A stretch of DNA of 64,000 nt, from assembly GCA_002633005.1 (NCBI GenBank), contig NMRA01000110.1:1-64000 (forward strand). The letters are read 5' to 3'. The stretch is from Phoronis australis (Eukaryota > Animalia > Phoronida). Made by a program: the position numbers and the translations under genes. Below the pieces are notes generated by a model, which was given only the letters and a program-made list of their open reading frames with translations, was not told where the DNA came from and did not search any database. Shown here in pieces: positions 62,615-64,000 of this stretch. Positions within the stretch are counted from its first letter, which is position 1, and the number at the start of each line of letters is the position of its first letter.

Positions 62615-62933
62615 GCATTTTTGCATCGCAGGAACTTTTACAAACGAGTGCCATATTGATGCAAGTGACATTATGGACAGAGATGTGGACCTGCGCTGAC
62701 CCATCTCTCACTGTCGTCTCGCCGACTGAGCATTTGTTCATTCTTTTTACTTCCCTCCTTACACTGCATAGCCGACTTAAGGCAACATTTGCTTTCCAAA
62801 GTTGTTTTATACTCATAAGTTTGGCCATCCGACTGTGCTAAGTGGATAATGACTTGCAACTCACCTTATAGGTCTGAAATTAAACAGTTGTGTTGGAGAG
62901 AATAATGGGATGCCACTTTTTATATCCCTGATA

Positions 62934-63795
62934 TATCGGGTGTCCCAGAAATGTCTACCGTTTTGATTTGTAATCGCTGAATTATTTATCAACTGATATT
63001 TTAAAATTTGTCAGACAGTAGCTTCATAATGTTTACAGTCACAGTGCGAAACACCTTTGTGTTTTAGATTACGTCACGCAAGTACGGTTAATTTTTAAAC
63101 CTGCGACGTGACTGCGACACTAGTTCACGCCAATTACAATACTCTCCAGATTAAAGTTATTTTATTGAAATTGATAATTTCAATAGATAAGTTACTCTTA
63201 AACTAGAGCGTGGATTGTAATGACGGGTGTTATAACTGTTAATTACCGGCTATTTAGATGCTTTTCCACAGTTTTTAAAGTAGAACTTGCACGCCAACTC
63301 CTTATCTCTGTCATTGCTTGGTCAAATTAGTCAGAAACACAAGATATAACAACGATGTGAATACGAAGAACGTTGGAAATTGCCGAATGTTCTTAAGAAC
63401 GAGTTTTTGTCGAAAGAGATCTGCTGTAAATCACTCAACAATGTCCAGTAAGTATCGTGACGTGGTGTTGGAGAATAATATTGCATGATGCAGGCTATGT
63501 GAGCCCAAAAGGTACATCATTAATGCAAAGGTCATTTATTTCCACAATTTTTTGTTTTCACATTTACTAGGTGTCATTGAATGCAACTGCACTATGTTTA
63601 GCGTAGATGATGTTCAAATAGCATTCTCGTTCAGTTCCTGCTATACATTAGCATGGTTAGGAGCATGCAAATAACGCAAATGATGAAGGGCGATGAAATA
63701 AATTACTTTCAACTTATGTATGCGTATAGTGTTTTGGTCTCTTAATCATACAGAGATACCTGAAGTAAAAAATGGGAGGTTTTTGGGACCCACAA
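62934..63795. mobile_element. Possible degraded Tc1/mariner-type non-autonomous element
   Basis: TATCGGGTGTCCCAGAAA resembles mariner-type CAGGGTGTCCCAAAA termini; weak inverted match TTTTTGGGACCCAC near 63779-63793. Confidence 0.35.
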
Positions 63796-64000
63796 CATAT
63801 CGTACTTAAATTTTATCCAGTTTGTATATCAAATCGCCTGTTTCATAGGGAAACCTTAGCTGTGCCAAAACTTGAATTTGTCATTTGTGAAGTAAGGCGT
63901 AAAATAAGAATTTCAATAAGTTTTAATAATACAAATAGACATTGCAATTTGGTTCATACACGATCATCTGCAGTCTTTGAATTTTTTGCAACTAAGCACG

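Overview
AT-rich, intron-rich animal genomic DNA (probably a marine invertebrate; inferred from gene content and repeat types), from a scaffolded assembly with one long N gap (20899-21659) and single-N joins at 16480, 26896, 28862 and 34169. Five spliced genes can be rebuilt by hand with phase-consistent GT-AG introns. (1) A complete polypeptide GalNAc-transferase (+, 238-10452, 11 coding exons). (2) A cytosolic sulfotransferase (-, 15370-11980) with an in-frame TAA in exon 4. (3) A DUF1295/steroid 5-alpha-reductase-like membrane protein (-, 27443-20346) with one or more exons missing, probably in the gap. (4) GTDC1/QTMAN, tRNA-queuosine alpha-mannosyltransferase (+, 34258-42059), probably head-to-head with gene 3. 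(5) A two-CNBD cyclic-nucleotide-binding protein (+, about 48254-62614). The rest is minisatellites and non-autonomous transposons. The most unusual observations: a 31-bp minisatellite that copies the last GTDC1 splice donor about 44 times behind an in-frame stop; a nested transposon stack in GTDC1 intron 1 that includes a 2.4-kb near-perfect palindrome and an element carrying about 12 GTAGTGTACGTACC motifs; and the nonsense codon in an otherwise intact sulfotransferase. No CRISPR array, autonomous transposase or prokaryote-type system is supported.
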